Shown: piece by piece, positions 54,144-63,461 of the stretch
Layout of the letters: the number at the start of each line of letters is the position of its first letter
Numbering within the stretch: the first letter of the stretch is position 1
Assembly (NCBI GenBank): GCA_963701855.1
Contig: CAVPBK010000009.1
Span: 256,001-320,000, forward strand
Length of the DNA stretch: 64,000 bases
Direction of reading: 5' to 3'
From: Nitrospirota bacterium
Lineage (GTDB): Bacteria > Nitrospirota > Nitrospiria > Nitrospirales > Nitrospiraceae
Made by a program: the position numbers and the translations under genes
Notes under the pieces: model-generated
What the model saw: the letters and a program-made list of their open reading frames with translations, nothing else
Database searches by the model: none
What the model was told of the DNA's origin: nothing

Positions 54144-56663
54144 TCATCCCGCGATGGTGACCTTCTCAGTCATAGGTGAAGGCAGGAGTTTTATGCCAGG
54201 ACGCGCTGGAGAAACGACCTTGACCGGTTGCTGCTCCATGATCGGACGAAGGCCGTTGAGCGTCGCGATAATCGCCGACCCGTTGCTGAGCAGTGTGGCC
54301 CCAATCGGTCCAAGCAAGCCGATACAGGCCAGACCGGCTGCGAACGTGTTGGGAATTGAAATGATCTTCCAATTCTGCCGGATCAACGCGACCGTTTCGC
54401 GGCCGATGTCGATCGCGAGGGGAACCTTCCAGAGCCCCCCGTGCAAGAGCACCACAGGCGCCGTTTCCCTGGCTGCTTCCGTGCCTCCTTCAACGGCAAT
54501 GCCCACGTCGGCATAGGCCAGCATGGGAGAGTCGTTGACTCCGTCTCCGACAACGGCGACCTTATATCCCTCGCGTTGCAGACGCTGGACTGCCTCCGAC
54601 TTGTCTCCCGGAAACACTTCGGCCAGGTACTCGGTGATCCCAAGTTCCGCGGCAATTCTCCTGGCAACATCCTTGTGATCGCCGGTGATCATCACGATAC
54701 GTTTAATTCCCCGATCCCTCAATGCCTGGACGATATCCCGTGCCTCGGGCCGCAAGGGGTCGGAGATGGCTAGTAATCCGATTACGAGCCCGTCTTTCGC
54801 TACGCAGAGTGGAGAAATCGCCTGTTGCTGCATCATCAAGATCAGTTCCTGCGTCTCCGGCGATAGGGTCAACCCACGAAGCGTCATGAACCTGGGACTT
54901 CCCACCAGAACCACCGAATCGTTTACAATCGCCTCAACACCGAGACCCAGGCTGTAATCCGACGCGGTCCGGTCCGGGATCGACAGCTGTCTGGCCTCTG
55001 CAGCCCGGACGATGGCGTCCGCCACAGGATGCGTCATCCGCAGTTCCGCTGCGGCGGCCAGCGCGAGCACCTCATCGGCTGTACTGCCGTTGACCGGCAC
55101 CACATCCAGGATGTCGGGATGCCCCGTGGTCAAGGTGCCGGTCTTGTCGAAGACGACGGCATCCACTTCCGCGAGGCTTTCCAGATGCCGCCCTCCTTTG
55201 ATCAGAATCCCGTTCCGAATTGCCTTCGTCATAGCGGATAAGACAGTCGTGGGAGCCGCAATCCTGATTCCCGTTCCGTAGTCGACAACAAGGACGGCAG
55301 CCGCGCCCTGAAGACCGCCTCCCATCACGGCTCCGATGGCGCTTCCCACGAAGCTGTAGGGTACGAGATCGTTCGCCCACTTGACGGCGTAATTCTGGAT
55401 TTTGGTTTCACGAGCCGGCGCGGCCTCCACGAGCCGCAGGATCTGAGCGGCCTCTGTTGCGTTTCCAATCCGCTCGGCGCAGATATAGATTTTCCCTTCC
55501 CGCACCACCGTGGCAGCGTAGACAAGAGCGCCCTCCTCCTTCTCGACCGGGAGCGATTCGCCGGTGAGCGAGGCCTGGTCCACCAGAGCCTTGCCGCTGA
55601 GCACAGTGCCATCCACGGCAATACGCTCGCCCGGATAGACGACCACGGTCTCGCCGATTTGAACCTCTGCCACGCTGACGCGCACTTTCTGTCCGTCGCG
55701 CACCACCCAGGCCTCGATGTTCTGGTAGCCGAGGATTTCCTCGATCGCCTTCTTCGATTGCATCATGGTGAGGTCGCGAATCCAGTCCGCGACGTTGATA
55801 AGCCAGACCATGAAGATTGCCATCGGGAAGGTGCCTTGCATGACGAGCAACGTAGTGGCGGAGGCATCCAGCACATCGACGTTGAGCTTGCCGTCTTCCG
55901 AAATCGAGTGATGGGCCCGCTTGAGCATCGGCATGGCGCTGGCCAGAAGCAACAGGGGCACCAGCGGCAGCACCAGCGGTTCGACGAGGAACACCAGACA
56001 GATTCCGGCGCTCGAATACCAGAGTTCATTTCCCGCCTCATCAGTCGGGGCCTGTGCCTGATCTACCGCCTCTTTCGCAGATTTGTACGATAGAACCTCT
56101 GCTGCCGAGAGTAGTTGCAGCCACACGCAGAGCCTGTTGGGCGTCCAGACGGCGGGGTCGCAGGTGACCGTCACACTGTGACACCAGTCATTCACTGTGA
56201 CATCGGTCACGCCTGGCTGGTCCTTGAGAAGCCGCTGCAGTGGTTCGACTAGGCCTGGCGAGGTCTTGAGCGCCGGCACTCGCAATCTGATACGTCCGCG
56301 AACTGCATGGACCACGCTGGTATCAGCCAGCGTATCGGTAGGTTTCGCACGCGTTGTTATGAGCTCAGCAATGGCAACCGACGGAGAGGGATGATCTCCG
56401 TTCTTGGGTTCAGCAATCGCAACAGACGCAGAAGGATGATCTCCATTTTTCTGGTGCGGTGGTATCTGGTGAGGGATCAGGGCCGAGAGCGCATCCCGCT
56501 CGCTTCCATTCGGGAGGAGACTGAAGACAAAGCCGTTCCCCTTTTCATCTTCAGGGTTCAATGATTTCCGCTTTTTCCCAACCTTTATGATTCGCTTTTC
56601 GGCCCGAATTGTTTTCACGATGATACAAATCCTTTTCGGAAATGAATCGGCCGCTGCCTCCAT
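54144..56663 (-). CDS. P1B-type heavy-metal ATPase with HMA2 domain (FezB/P1B-6-like, non-CPx)
   Basis: TGES, DKTGT, HP, TGD, GDGVND; N-terminal HAVRGRIRLR; membrane motif VDYGTGIR in place of CPx; start uncertain. Confidence 0.92.
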   Translation of the reverse strand: MEAAADSFPKRICIIVKTIRAEKRIIKVGKKRKSLNPEDEKGNGFVFSLLPNGSERDALSALIPHQIPPHQKNGDHPSASVAIAEPKNGDHPSPSVAIAELITTRAKPTDTLADTSVVHAVRGRIRLRVPALKTSPGLVEPLQRLLKDQPGVTDVTVNDWCHSVTVTCDPAVWTPNRLCVWLQLLSAAEVLSYKSAKEAVDQAQAPTDEAGNELWYSSAGICLVFLVEPLVLPLVPLLLLASAMPMLKRAHHSISEDGKLNVDVLDASATTLLVMQGTFPMAIFMVWLINVADWIRDLTMMQSKKAIEEILGYQNIEAWVVRDGQKVRVSVAEVQIGETVVVYPGERIAVDGTVLSGKALVDQASLTGESLPVEKEEGALVYAATVVREGKIYICAERIGNATEAAQILRLVEAAPARETKIQNYAVKWANDLVPYSFVGSAIGAVMGGGLQGAAAVLVVDYGTGIRIAAPTTVLSAMTKAIRNGILIKGGRHLESLAEVDAVVFDKTGTLTTGHPDILDVVPVNGSTADEVLALAAAAELRMTHPVADAIVRAAEARQLSIPDRTASDYSLGLGVEAIVNDSVVLVGSPRFMTLRGLTLSPETQELILMMQQQAISPLCVAKDGLVIGLLAISDPLRPEARDIVQALRDRGIKRIVMITGDHKDVARRIAAELGITEYLAEVFPGDKSEAVQRLQREGYKVAVVGDGVNDSPMLAYADVGIAVEGGTEAARETAPVVLLHGGLWKVPLAIDIGRETVALIRQNWKIISIPNTFAAGLACIGLLGPIGATLLSNGSAIIATLNGLRPIMEQQPVKVVSPARPGIKLLPSPMTEKVTIAG

Positions 56664-56781
56664 CAATTCCAAATATGAATTTCACATTGCTGATCGAGCA
56701 CTATCGGCTGATTACGAGTGGGCGATCTTCGTCGCCTAATAACACGTGCCCTCAACCGCAGGCGGCTCAAGCGCTCAGTCC

Positions 56782-56997
56782 TTACTGGCCACCCTTGTCA
56801 TCAGTCTTGTCCGTCTCCTGTGCCTGGGTCTTCGACGTCTCCAACTCGGACTTTGCCTCCGCAAGAAGATCCTTGAACTTCTCGCCCGTCTCAGAGGCAT
56901 ATTCGGAGGCCGCACCAGCCACAACGATTCCACCCTTGATCAGTTCTTTAAGAATGGGACGGAACATGGACCCGATCCCTGATACGATGCGCTCCAC
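56782..56997 (-). CDS. small DUF5132-like protein
   Basis: RBS GAAGGAGG; RPILKELIKGGI...EKFKDLLAEAKSEL. Confidence 0.75.
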   Translation of the reverse strand: MERIVSGIGSMFRPILKELIKGGIVVAGAASEYASETGEKFKDLLAEAKSELETSKTQAQETDKTDDKGGQ

Positions 56998-57355
56998 AGT
57001 TGACCTCCTTCGTTAGCAGCCTGCTCGAACAACAACGGCAGTTCTTTTAATCTACATCGCCGTAAGTAAATAATTCAATGAATGCATCCCTGATGATTGT
57101 GTGTTATATACCCATCTAATAGGGGGGACCGACGCAGACAATATGAGTGATTTCTTGGTCTAAGGGAGCGACGGTAATCTGGATTTGGAGAGTCGTACGA
57201 ACGCGAACTTCAGCTTGCGAGCCCCTTCGACAGACTCTACTTACCCCCGTCGAAGGGATCATGCGCGAGAGAGCAACCGGCTGCCTCAGCCAGCCTGAGC
57301 AGGTTGGCCCTGACAGGAATGTGAGCGGAAACCCTTGGCGCGATAGCTTCAGACG

Positions 57356-57625
57356 TTAATGAGTCGCTTGCACCTCGGCCGGCAAGGTTTCTCCCGTAGG
57401 GGTCGCAGCCAGTTCAGCTTTAGCTTCCGCAACTAAATCACTGAAGTAGCTACCCCCTCCGGAACACATATCGGACACGGCTTCTTGGACGACCAGCCCG
57501 CCCTTGACCACTTCCTTTGCCGCAGCCCACGCCACCGTCCCTGCGCTTGACGCGACACTCATGACTACCTTCGAAGCGACTGCACCGATTACCACACCGG
57601 CTACGCTGCCGATAATAACTTCCAT
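57356..57625 (-). CDS. small DUF5132-like GxxxG membrane protein
   Basis: RBS GGGAGGGAG; GSVAGVVIGA, AKEVVKGGL...FSDLVAEAKAEL; paralog of 56782-56997. Confidence 0.75.
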   Translation of the reverse strand: MEVIIGSVAGVVIGAVASKVVMSVASSAGTVAWAAAKEVVKGGLVVQEAVSDMCSGGGSYFSDLVAEAKAELAATPTGETLPAEVQATH

Positions 57626-57859
57626 AACTCCCTCCCTTTCGGTTAGATCATCCCTCATGCGTGAAGGATTCACCAGGCGTTAACGCTTTCTCACTGTAGC
57701 CGAACTATTTCTCTGGAGTCAACTGCTTCGAAAAGCTCAACGGACCCCTCTGCCGATTCATGACATGACGAACCGTTGCCACTGGCTGGCAAATCATATA
57801 CGATGCGGCTTCGCGCCATCTAGGAAAGGTGCGGAGAAAAATTGAGGAGCCTACCGATC

Positions 57860-58648
57860 GTGGCACGCCTCATCGCCATCATCAATCAAAAGGGCGGAAG
57901 CGCCAAGACGACGACCACTGTCAACCTGGCATCGGCACTGGGCAGGCAGGATCGGCGAGTGCTCGTGCTGGATCTCGATCCGCAAGCTTCCGCATCAAGT
58001 TGGCTCGGAGCGAAAGACGGTGAACGAGGTCTGCTGGACGTCTTGACCAACGGATTGGCCCTGGCCGGACTGATTCAACCGACGTCGGCCGACGGTGTCG
58101 AGATAGTTCCTTCTTCTACCTGGCTGGTCGGAGTTGAGAAAGCCCTCGCGAGTACAGTCGGAGCGGAAACGATTCTGCGTCAACGACTCGCCGCGCTGGA
58201 GGGACGGTGGCACTATATCCTCATCGACTGCCCCCCCACGCTCGGCATCCTGGCGACCAACGCGTTGGTCGCAGCCAAGGAGGTGCTGATTCCCGTGGAG
58301 TGCCATGTCATGGGTCTTGGTGGACTTGCGCGGTTGCTCCAAACTATCGAGATCATCAAGGAGCGACTCAATCCCGATATCAAGGTGGCCGGCATTCTGG
58401 CTTGCCGCGTCGATGCGAGAACTCGCCACGCGCAGGAAGTGGTCGAGCAACTCCGAAACCGCTTCGGTCCGCTCGTATATGACACGATGATCCGGGAAAA
58501 TATTCGTTTGGCCGAATGTCCCTCGTTCTGCCAGCCCATCGATCGCTATGATCCGTTCTGTGCCGGAGCGGTGGACTACCGGAAGCTGGCAAGCGACGTC
58601 ATGAAGCAAGAAAGTCAATCACCGGCACGAGTTACCGCTCTCAGGTAA
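57860..58648 (+). CDS. ParA/Soj-family ATPase
   Basis: Deviant Walker A NQKGGSAKTTT, DLDPQAS, IDCPPTLG, IRENIRLAECPS; GTG after GAGGAG. Confidence 0.92.
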   Translation: MARLIAIINQKGGSAKTTTTVNLASALGRQDRRVLVLDLDPQASASSWLGAKDGERGLLDVLTNGLALAGLIQPTSADGVEIVPSSTWLVGVEKALASTVGAETILRQRLAALEGRWHYILIDCPPTLGILATNALVAAKEVLIPVECHVMGLGGLARLLQTIEIIKERLNPDIKVAGILACRVDARTRHAQEVVEQLRNRFGPLVYDTMIRENIRLAECPSFCQPIDRYDPFCAGAVDYRKLASDVMKQESQSPARVTALR

Positions 58649-58679
58649 CCGTCCACCCGCTACAGAAAAATGTATTCAG

Positions 58680-59018
58680 ATGGCAAAGCGAAAAACGATC
58701 GGGGAAAATCCACTAGACGCGATCGCGCCTGATCGCACAGCGCGTCAAAAGAAAGAGACCGTTGCGGCTACGAACCCACGGCCTGCTGTTGCAGTCTCGC
58801 CCGCTGAGCCACGGCGGCCGGCGAAGACGGCGCCGGCCGCCGTTAATCCTGAAAAGGGAACGGCCACCTCTATTATCCAGGCTACTCGGACACAAGCCCC
58901 GGCTCGACAAACACCAGCGCAACAAGATTTGCTCCGCCGCATCAAGTCTCTAGAGGAGCAGAATACGTTGATGAAATGGCTGGTCTATGGAGCGATTGGG
59001 CTGGCCTTTCTGTTGTGA
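58680..59018 (+). CDS. small putative ParA partner with C-terminal membrane anchor
   Basis: Basic N-terminus MAKRKTIGENPLD, Pro/Ala/Thr linker, short coiled coil LLRRIKSLEEQN, terminal WLVYGAIGLAFLL. Confidence 0.75.
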   Translation: MAKRKTIGENPLDAIAPDRTARQKKETVAATNPRPAVAVSPAEPRRPAKTAPAAVNPEKGTATSIIQATRTQAPARQTPAQQDLLRRIKSLEEQNTLMKWLVYGAIGLAFLL

Positions 59019-59090
59019 CCGAACGAACCTCCCGCGGCAAGGTCTGACCGGCTACCTCTCGCCTTCGCGACATACCTCGGCACGCTCGAT

Positions 59091-60149
59091 TCATACCGGT
59101 AGAAAGAAAAACCCGATCGCGAGCATCAGATAGACGGCGATCAGCATCACTCCCTCCATCCAGTGACACTCTCCGTCGGAGGTCTGGCGACTGACGATGG
59201 CGACGGCGAGGACGATCGCCACGATCTCAAAGGCGGTGAAGTGCAGATCCATGGGCTTCCCCATGAAGTAGCCTGCAAACACCAGTACCGGAGCTACGAA
59301 CAACGCCACCTGCGTGCTGGCCCCGACCGCGATGCCGAACGATAAATCCATCTGGTCTTTTCTGGCGAACCCCACGGCATTCATGGCCTCTGCGGCATTG
59401 CCGACCAGCGCGAGAAAAATGATGCCCGTGAAAATCGGCGTCATCCCGATCGAGGCAGACGCAGGTTCGATCGCTCCGACGAGGATTTCACTCACGACGG
59501 CGATCACGACGGTCACACCGGCCAGTACGGCGATGGATTTCCCTTTGCTCCATGGAGCTTCATGCGAGGCTTCATGCGCCTCTGCCGCACCGGAGGCGTC
59601 AGGTCCAGGCTGGATGAGTTGCCGATGGGTCTTGAGTGTAAACACGAGACTCAACAGATAGGTGACAAAGAGCACGATAGAGATTTGCATGCTCACCTCG
59701 CGCTCTTTGCCTGTTGCAAAATGAAACATGGCCGGGATCAGCAGCGCGACCGCCGCCACGAACAAAAGGCCCCCGCTCATGCCCGCGACGGTGGGATTGA
59801 ACCGCTGACGTTCCCGGCCCCACCCGCCGATGATCATCGACAGGCCGAGTGAAAAAAGCGTATTGCCGAGAATCGAACCGGTGATTGACGCCTTGACGAC
59901 ATCGACAAGCCCCTCTTTCAGAGCAAAGCCGGCGATGATCAGCTCAGGGGCATTCCCGAGGGACGCGCTCAGCAAGCCGCCGATGGTGGCTCCGACATAG
60001 GTCGAGAGATGTTCCGTGGAGCGCCCCATCAGGCCGGCCAGCGGTATGATGGCGAGCGCGGCGGCGGCAAACACCATGACAGGGTTGGCGCCATACCAAT
60101 CAAGCCCCACGGCGATCGGAATAAACACCAACAACAGATTCAAGCCCAT
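59091..60149 (-). CDS. cax: calcium/proton exchanger (CaCA family)
   Basis: Alpha repeats GNAPELI and GNAAEA, GSILGN, GASTQVALFVAP. Confidence 0.93.
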   Translation of the reverse strand: MGLNLLLVFIPIAVGLDWYGANPVMVFAAAALAIIPLAGLMGRSTEHLSTYVGATIGGLLSASLGNAPELIIAGFALKEGLVDVVKASITGSILGNTLFSLGLSMIIGGWGRERQRFNPTVAGMSGGLLFVAAVALLIPAMFHFATGKEREVSMQISIVLFVTYLLSLVFTLKTHRQLIQPGPDASGAAEAHEASHEAPWSKGKSIAVLAGVTVVIAVVSEILVGAIEPASASIGMTPIFTGIIFLALVGNAAEAMNAVGFARKDQMDLSFGIAVGASTQVALFVAPVLVFAGYFMGKPMDLHFTAFEIVAIVLAVAIVSRQTSDGECHWMEGVMLIAVYLMLAIGFFFLPV

Positions 60150-60202
60150 GCTAGTTGTCCTTTCTCGCGGTGTCGATCACACATTTTCAGCACGTCTTGG
60201 AC

Positions 60203-60353
60203 AAGTCTGGTCTGTCTGGTTTGTTTTGTTTATCTGGTTGATTTGGTTCCTCCGGTTAGTTTCGTATACCCAAAAAACCGGAAAAACGAAACAGACCAGA
60301 CAAACCAAATAACGGTCTTCACACGTTGGCGGACTTTTTCAGCATCCTGTTAG
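60203..60353. mobile_element. family A MITE-like element, inverted relative to 18501-18680
   Basis: Reverse complement begins CTAACAGGATGCTGAAAAAGTCCGCCAACGTGTGAAGACCGTTATTTGG; overlaps the TolC stop. Confidence 0.75.
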
Positions 60354-61768
60354 ATCGTAATATCGCGCCCGGCCGCCCACTCGAGCCGGAGCCAGTTCTG
60401 CTGGTGACCGAAGATCGCTTCCAGATGGTTCTCCTCCGTGTCCGCATAGGAACGACGCGTATTCTCCAGATCCAAAATCCCGATCTCTTTCTTGGTGAAC
60501 GCCTGCTGCGCCGCGCTGAACAGCGTCGACGCCTGCACCAGAGCACCGTTCATGGCTTCAACAAGTTTCCGCCCGTGCAAGAACTTCCGGTACGCGACGG
60601 CGACCTCATTCTGAATCTGGATCTCCGTCTTCTCGATCTCCGCGTCAATCGAACTGATTGCGACTTCAGCCTCGACGATCCCGCCCTGATTCCGGTCAAA
60701 GACTGGCAGCGGAACAGAAAGACCAACGCCCCACTGTTGCTGGTTATCAGGCCCATGCGCTCCCTGCATCGAATAGCCGAGGTTGGTTGTCACGTTGGGG
60801 ATCCGTATCGCCTTGGCAAGCTGCAGTTCAGTCTTTCGCTTGTCACGGGTCAGCCGTTTGGACCGGATGTCCGGCCGATTCGCCAGAGCATAATCCAATA
60901 ACTTCGCAAAATTCGGCTCAGCCGTACGATACGCGAGACTCGTGTCGAGTTCCAGTTCCACGTCCGGCGGAATTTGCAACATCATGCGAAAATCTCCCGA
61001 CACTTCTTCGATCCGCTGCATATCTCGGAGCACCTCGGAGTCTGCATTCACAGCCAGCAGGCCCAGCCGGACGCGATCGAGATCTGAGCCGCCCCGTTTC
61101 CCCTCACCGCTGAAGCCTTGCAGTAACTTGATAAGAACGCTTTGGACTTCTAGGTCCACCGCAAGGTGCCCTCGCTGCCGTTGCACCCGGAAATACGTCT
61201 CCTTGAGCGTGAACCCCAACTGCCGCACCGCATCTTCAAACTTCGCTTCGTTGGACATGGTATCCAATGCGGCAGCCTCCATCCGGTATCCTCGTCTCCC
61301 CGCAACCTCGAACAGTTGGGTCAACGACGGGGCCACCGCACCGCACTTGTCAAGGTTGCACCCCTGCGTATAGGAGCTAAGAGTACTGACCGATAACGTC
61401 GGATTCGGATATAGCCGCGCCGTGATCTGCCGGCCCTTCGCAGCATCGATTCCGTAGCTTGCGATGATGAGATCGAGGTTTCGCTTCAGGAATAGCGCCA
61501 TCGCTTCATCCAGCGTGAGCCGCAAAACCTTCTGAGAGGAAGGAAGCGGCGACGGCTTCGGTTCCGGCGCCTGACCAAACCTGATCCCAGACCTCCCAAG
61601 AATATTATCGACCCAGGATTCTATCGTTTCTTTCTGGCTCGCCGCGTACGCCGGAGCATCTACGATCAACCCTGGCCATGCGACGGCGATCATGAGCGCC
61701 GAAGCCAACACCCAACGAATGAGAGGGCGTCGGGTTCCCGTGCTCCCATGCCTAAACTGAATGTCCAT
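60350..61768 (-). CDS. TolC/CzcC-family outer-membrane efflux protein
   Basis: LTLDEA, PNPTLS, LTQLFE, NRPD, LSVPLPVFDRNQG; ATG 61768 after AGGAGG (the ORF-track extension is repeat-derived). Confidence 0.9.
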   Translation of the reverse strand: MDIQFRHGSTGTRRPLIRWVLASALMIAVAWPGLIVDAPAYAASQKETIESWVDNILGRSGIRFGQAPEPKPSPLPSSQKVLRLTLDEAMALFLKRNLDLIIASYGIDAAKGRQITARLYPNPTLSVSTLSSYTQGCNLDKCGAVAPSLTQLFEVAGRRGYRMEAAALDTMSNEAKFEDAVRQLGFTLKETYFRVQRQRGHLAVDLEVQSVLIKLLQGFSGEGKRGGSDLDRVRLGLLAVNADSEVLRDMQRIEEVSGDFRMMLQIPPDVELELDTSLAYRTAEPNFAKLLDYALANRPDIRSKRLTRDKRKTELQLAKAIRIPNVTTNLGYSMQGAHGPDNQQQWGVGLSVPLPVFDRNQGGIVEAEVAISSIDAEIEKTEIQIQNEVAVAYRKFLHGRKLVEAMNGALVQASTLFSAAQQAFTKKEIGILDLENTRRSYADTEENHLEAIFGHQQNWLRLEWAAGRDITI

Positions 61769-61784
61769 AAGCACCCTCCTTGAT

Positions 61785-61936
61785 CCTGGTCGGTCGTGTC
61801 TGTCTGGTCTATGTGGTCTGTCTTGTCTGTTTGGTCTGTCTGGTTTATTTGGTTGAACAAGACCAACTTGATGAACTAAACAAACCAGACAAACTAGATA
61901 GACCAGACCACCAGATGAACTAGATAGACTAGACAC
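61785..61936. repeat. inverted 9-mer array in 5' region of the TolC gene
   Basis: (TCTGTCTGG)-like units then (CCAGACAAA/CTAGATAGA)-like units. Confidence 0.7.
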
Positions 61937-62174
61937 GAAGTGTAAAGGGAAATAAAGTTAGCACAGCTTGTGCGCGCAAGGAAGAGGTCTTGTCAGTTGA
62001 AAGAGCTGCATGGTACAAACGGCCAGGATTGGCAGAACGTGAGCGAATTCTGACCGATCAGTATCCAAGGCCACGACGCGTGGTCTACACATCAGCCTCA
62101 CCACCACCGGAAAACAGCATGGTCTTCACCCACGTCGCCGAATTTCGGCGATACGATCGAAAAGCAATGTGCGC

Positions 62175-63086
62175 ATGACACTGCACGGCACCCTCTACGA
62201 GATCACGAATTTCACATCGTTCTTCCAGACGCATGTGCTGGAGTCGCGCCGGCCAGATCCGAATAGCATCCGCCCGATCAAGAATGGCTGGATCAGACTC
62301 TGCCGAGGCGAAGGAGCCCATTCAGGATCTCCATTGCCCCTCCCTTGTCGAACGGATGACAACGGGCGTTTCGATTTGGACCTGTCACAAGTCCCCGATG
62401 CCCCGGTGTTCGTGGTCGCGGGCGGCTCAGAAAAACTGCGGGAGAATTATTGGTATCGATCCGCATGCATTCAACTCGTCACGCTCAACCAGCATGCACA
62501 AGAAATCTACCTGGCCCGCGCCACGATTTCAGACGAATCCGGATTTTCTCAAGCCGAACTCGCCGGCCTGTTGGAACAGACGAAAAAACAGGTCGCCGAC
62601 CTCGAACGGATTCACGGAACGATTACCCAGAGTGGTATCGCCCTACACTGTGGAGGAAAAGGCGGGAAGGCATCGTGCCGGCTCCTGCTCAATCCCGATC
62701 AGTCCGGTAATCTGAAGTCGATCCTGCACCATTCTGTTGAGGACTTTCGCTTGGAACTGCCCGGTCCGTCGTGGCTGGTCGGACTCCTCGTTTCAAGGGA
62801 CGCGATCGAAACATCCATCCGAAACGGCCTCCGGAATCTCGCGCGTGAGATCGACGAACGGCTGCGCCTCCGTGCCATCGCGTTTTTCACGGACCAGGTT
62901 AAGACGATGGACCCCGCGCTTGACACCAAGCTGGCCGGCGCGGCCACGCTGACCGTGGAACGTCTACGATACCCTGTTGTGGCACGTCAAAGCGGAGCAA
63001 GCGGCGGCGACCGAGCCATCGCGGGTGATGTGTTCCTGGGTTTTCCCCAGACCTTTCGAGGGGCAGGACACCAGAAAACATCGTAA
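62175..63086 (+). CDS. hypothetical protein
   Basis: About 300-codon ORF with no competing long ORF; TDDNGRF..D motif suggests a beta-sandwich N-domain. Confidence 0.6.
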   Translation: MTLHGTLYEITNFTSFFQTHVLESRRPDPNSIRPIKNGWIRLCRGEGAHSGSPLPLPCRTDDNGRFDLDLSQVPDAPVFVVAGGSEKLRENYWYRSACIQLVTLNQHAQEIYLARATISDESGFSQAELAGLLEQTKKQVADLERIHGTITQSGIALHCGGKGGKASCRLLLNPDQSGNLKSILHHSVEDFRLELPGPSWLVGLLVSRDAIETSIRNGLRNLAREIDERLRLRAIAFFTDQVKTMDPALDTKLAGAATLTVERLRYPVVARQSGASGGDRAIAGDVFLGFPQTFRGAGHQKTS

Positions 63087-63205
63087 GAGTAGGGTGAATC
63101 CCCTGCTGAGACAGTTTGATATGAGCACACATGTTGGATCAATGGATGATGCTCCTCACCGGCGAGATCATATGCTAAGCCCTCTGCAAATTCTTCGCAG
63201 ATTTG

Positions 63206-63461
63206 CCCGCAGTATTCATGACGGTTCGTCGCGAAATCGCAGAGCCGCGTCGCGAGACAGGCGCGCGAAGCCTAGGGGACTGGCTCCGCCGTCTGTGGCG
63301 GTGCCTGTCCCGCTTCCAGAACGGGGACAGGCACCAAAAAGAAGGGGTGCCAGTCCCCAACAGTACGTGGAGGGTCCGAGGAGCGAGCCCGCTGGCCGAA
63401 GGCTCGTCGTAGCAACGGATCAGCGATTGCAGCAGAAGTGTTCATGAATAATGCGGGTTAG
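63206..63461. mobile_element. family C MITE-like element with nested palindromes
   Basis: CCCGCAGTATTCATGA ... TCATGAATAATGCGGG (15/16 inverted match); interior GGGGACTGGC..GTGCCTGTCCC / GGGGACAGGCAC..GCCAGTCCCC. Confidence 0.65.

Noticed and set aside
57860..59018. Plasmid or chromosome partition locus (parAB)
   Set aside because: The partner has no ParB, HTH or ribbon-helix-helix features and ends in a TM helix; no rep gene or parS-like array seen
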